Source: an uncultured Candidatus Entotheonella sp. (GTDB lineage Bacteria; Tectomicrobia; Entotheonellia; Entotheonellales; Entotheonellaceae). From it: a stretch of DNA of 64,000 bases. Below, piece by piece: positions 61,852-64,000 of this stretch. The stretch covers positions 1,120,001 through 1,184,000 of the forward strand of contig CBDCDA010000001.1 in the NCBI GenBank assembly GCA_965215335.1, in the 5' to 3' direction. The translations under genes and the position numbers were made by a program. The notes under the pieces are model-generated. The model searched no databases. It saw only the letters and a list, made by a program, of their open reading frames with translations, and had not been told where the DNA came from. Within the stretch, counting starts at the first letter, position 1. Every line of letters begins with the position of its first letter.

Positions 61852-63324
61852 ATGTCATACCGAGCTTTTCTGAACAAACGACTGGGAATCGGCGTCCTGG
61901 CCACGGCGCTGGCGGTCTGTTTCCTGGGCGGCCTCGTGGTTGCCAAGGAAATGCGCGATACGCCCGCCCCTGGCGAAGCCGCCGCGCCGGCCATGCCGGC
62001 CGTCCGGATGATTCCCGATTCCTTTGCCGAACTGGCGAGCAAACTGGGGCCGAGCGTGGTCAACGTCAAGGTCGCCAAATCGGTGGCCGGGGCTTCCTGG
62101 CACCTGCCCGAGGGATTCGAGGACGGCCCGTTCGAGGGCTTCTACCGGCGCTTCTTCCGGGATATGCCGCACCGGCGGCCCGGCCATTTCCGGCAGCACG
62201 GCAACGGCTCCGGCGTCATCATTGACGCCGAGGGACACATCCTCACCAATCACCACGTGGTCGAGCACGCCGAGGAAGTCAAGGTGACACTGACCGACGG
62301 GCGCGAGTACGAAGCGCGCGTCGTCGGGCGCGATCCCAAGACCGACCTGGCGGTGCTGCAGGTGGACGTCACCGATCCGCTGCCCGTGGCGACGCTGGGC
62401 CGTTCCGACATCCTGCGGGTGGGCGATCGGGTCCTGGCCATCGGCAATCCGTTCGGCCTGAGCCACACGGTGACGACGGGCATCGTGAGCGGCAAGGGAC
62501 GCATCATCGGCGCTGGCCCGTATGACGACTTCATCCAGACCGACGCCTCGATCAACCCCGGCAACTCCGGTGGGCCGCTGTTCAACATGCGCGGCGAAGT
62601 GATCGGCATCAACACGGCCATGGTGCCGCACGGACGCGGCATCGGCTTTGCCATCCCCATCGACACCGCCAAGCCGTTGATTCCGCAGATGGTGGCGACC
62701 GGTGGCGTGACGCGCGGCTATCTCGGCGTTTCCATCCAGGCCATCACGCCGGCTCTGGCGGCGGCCCTGAAACTCGACGGCACTCAGGGCGCCCTGGTCG
62801 GCGAGGTGATGCCCGACAGCCCGGCGGCGTGGGCGGGCTTGCAGACTGGCGACGTGATCACGGCGTTCGATGGCAAGCCGGTCGCCACCGCGCAGGACCT
62901 GCCGGGCCGGGTCGCCGCAACCCCGGTCGGCCAGGACGTGACCGTCACCGTGCGGCGCCAGGGCGCGCCGCTCGATCTCACGGTGACCATTGGCAAGATG
63001 TACGCCGAAACGGCGCAGGTCACCGGCGGTCAGGAATCCGGCAGCGGCAATCTCGGCCTCTACTTGCGCGACCGGCAAGCCGACTCCCGCGCCGACGATG
63101 ACCCGGCGGCGCCCAACGGCGTGCTGGTGACCCGCGTGCAGCCCGGCAGCCCCGCGGCCGCCTCCGGCATTCGCGGCGGCGACGTCATCTTGCAAGTGGA
63201 CCAGCAGCCCGTCGCCTCCGTCGCCGACGTGCAGCAGGTGCTGGCCGAGACGGATGAAGAATCCCCTCTCGTTCTGCTTGTCAAGCGCGGCGAGGGCAGC
63301 TTCTACGTCGTGCTCAAAGCGTAG
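61852..63324 (+). CDS. DegP/DegQ (HtrA) serine protease with two PDZ domains
   Basis: TNHHV, TDLAV, GNSGG (catalytic triad); two PDZ segments. Confidence 0.95.
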   Translation: MSYRAFLNKRLGIGVLATALAVCFLGGLVVAKEMRDTPAPGEAAAPAMPAVRMIPDSFAELASKLGPSVVNVKVAKSVAGASWHLPEGFEDGPFEGFYRRFFRDMPHRRPGHFRQHGNGSGVIIDAEGHILTNHHVVEHAEEVKVTLTDGREYEARVVGRDPKTDLAVLQVDVTDPLPVATLGRSDILRVGDRVLAIGNPFGLSHTVTTGIVSGKGRIIGAGPYDDFIQTDASINPGNSGGPLFNMRGEVIGINTAMVPHGRGIGFAIPIDTAKPLIPQMVATGGVTRGYLGVSIQAITPALAAALKLDGTQGALVGEVMPDSPAAWAGLQTGDVITAFDGKPVATAQDLPGRVAATPVGQDVTVTVRRQGAPLDLTVTIGKMYAETAQVTGGQESGSGNLGLYLRDRQADSRADDDPAAPNGVLVTRVQPGSPAAASGIRGGDVILQVDQQPVASVADVQQVLAETDEESPLVLLVKRGEGSFYVVLKA

Positions 63325-63352
63325 CGGTCTTCGCCGGCAACAGGCGCAGCAC

Positions 63353-63410
63353 CCCCTCCCTGCCCTTCTCGGCACCTCCCTCTTCCGCGGGGAGGGTCAG
63401 GGAGCGGGGG
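63353..63410. repeat. GC-rich REP- or terminator-like hairpin between convergent genes
   Basis: CTCCCTG...CCCTCTTCCGCGGGGAGGG...CAGGGAG. Confidence 0.35.
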
Positions 63411-63455
63411 AAATCCGACGCGCCAGCCCCGGCTGGGCCTACCGCAAAGGTCGTC

Positions 63456-64000
63456 TCACGGGGTAAGCGTCCGGGCAATACGGAAACCGATCTTGACGTC
63501 GCGGATACCGGAGTCGTTCCTGCCGCGGCCTGCGGAGCGCAGGAGCCACGGCACGTCACCCCAGGAGCCGCCACGCAACACGCGCCGCTCACATTCTCCA
63601 GTCTCCCAAGCCCGGCTGTCCGCAGGGGCAGCCGTATAACTGTCATTCCAGCAGTCCTGCGTCCACTCCCATACGTTGCCATGAACTTCATGGAGACCAA
63701 AGGCATTCGGCGCAAACGTACCCACTTGTACCGTTTGTCCCCGATACCGGCCCTTCTGCCCAGAACCATAGATGTAGCTGCTATCGTAGTTCGCCTGGTC
63801 GGAGGAAATCGTCGAGCCCGTGTGAAATGGACCCGTGGTTCCTGCTCGCGCCACATACTCCCACTCTGATTCGCTCAACAACCGATAGGGCTTTCCGGTC
63901 CGCTGTGACAGCCACTTGACGTACGCTCGAGCGTCACCCCAGCCGACATTGATCACGGGGCGACCGTCGCGCCCCCAGCCCAAGCCGTCCGGACGATAAT
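63456..64000 (-). CDS. Formylglycine-generating enzyme (SUMF1) family protein, 3' part only
   Basis: PVINVGW, RLLSESEWEYVARAG, NAFGLHEVHGNVWEW, RGGSW, GFRIAR. Confidence 0.9.
   Translation of the reverse strand, partial: YRPDGLGWGRDGRPVINVGWGDARAYVKWLSQRTGKPYRLLSESEWEYVARAGTTGPFHTGSTISSDQANYDSSYIYGSGQKGRYRGQTVQVGTFAPNAFGLHEVHGNVWEWTQDCWNDSYTAAPADSRAWETGECERRVLRGGSWGDVPWLLRSAGRGRNDSGIRDVKIGFRIARTLTP

Overview
High-GC bacterial chromosomal window (about two-thirds GC by eye) with roughly 55 protein-coding genes; no rRNA, tRNA or CRISPR array was recognised. It holds a ferric-iron ABC operon divergent from a Fur-rubrerythrin fusion, with an intact ISAs1 between them (17-bp IRs, 10-bp target duplication). 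It also holds a partial menaquinone cluster (menF-menD-menH-menC), many catabolic enzymes (two CaiB/BaiF CoA-transferases, amidase, amidohydrolase, haloacid dehalogenase, P450, PPOX-class and phytoene-desaturase-family oxidoreductases), a metal-binding-protein/FtsX-type ABC cluster, adk, hisIG, Mrp, an RpoD-family sigma factor, ahcY, tenA, a two-component system with a DegP/HtrA gene, and several IS remnants. Main findings: (1) a probable selenoprotein missed by the ORF track, a glutaredoxin-like UxxC domain fused to a DinB domain (54442..53681, minus); (2) a corrinoid methyl-transfer module (Hcy-methyltransferase, unknown CGxxH-repeat protein, MtaA/CmuA-family enzyme, corrinoid protein, 4-Cys microprotein, ASKHA activator) that may make methionine from a non-folate methyl donor; (3) a membrane glycosyltransferase-like gene frameshifted at a C17 tract; (4) the Fur-diiron fusion. 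The gene repertoire resembles marine or sponge-associated heterotrophs such as Ca. Tectomicrobia, but that is an unverified impression. All family calls come from reading motifs by eye, not from database searches.
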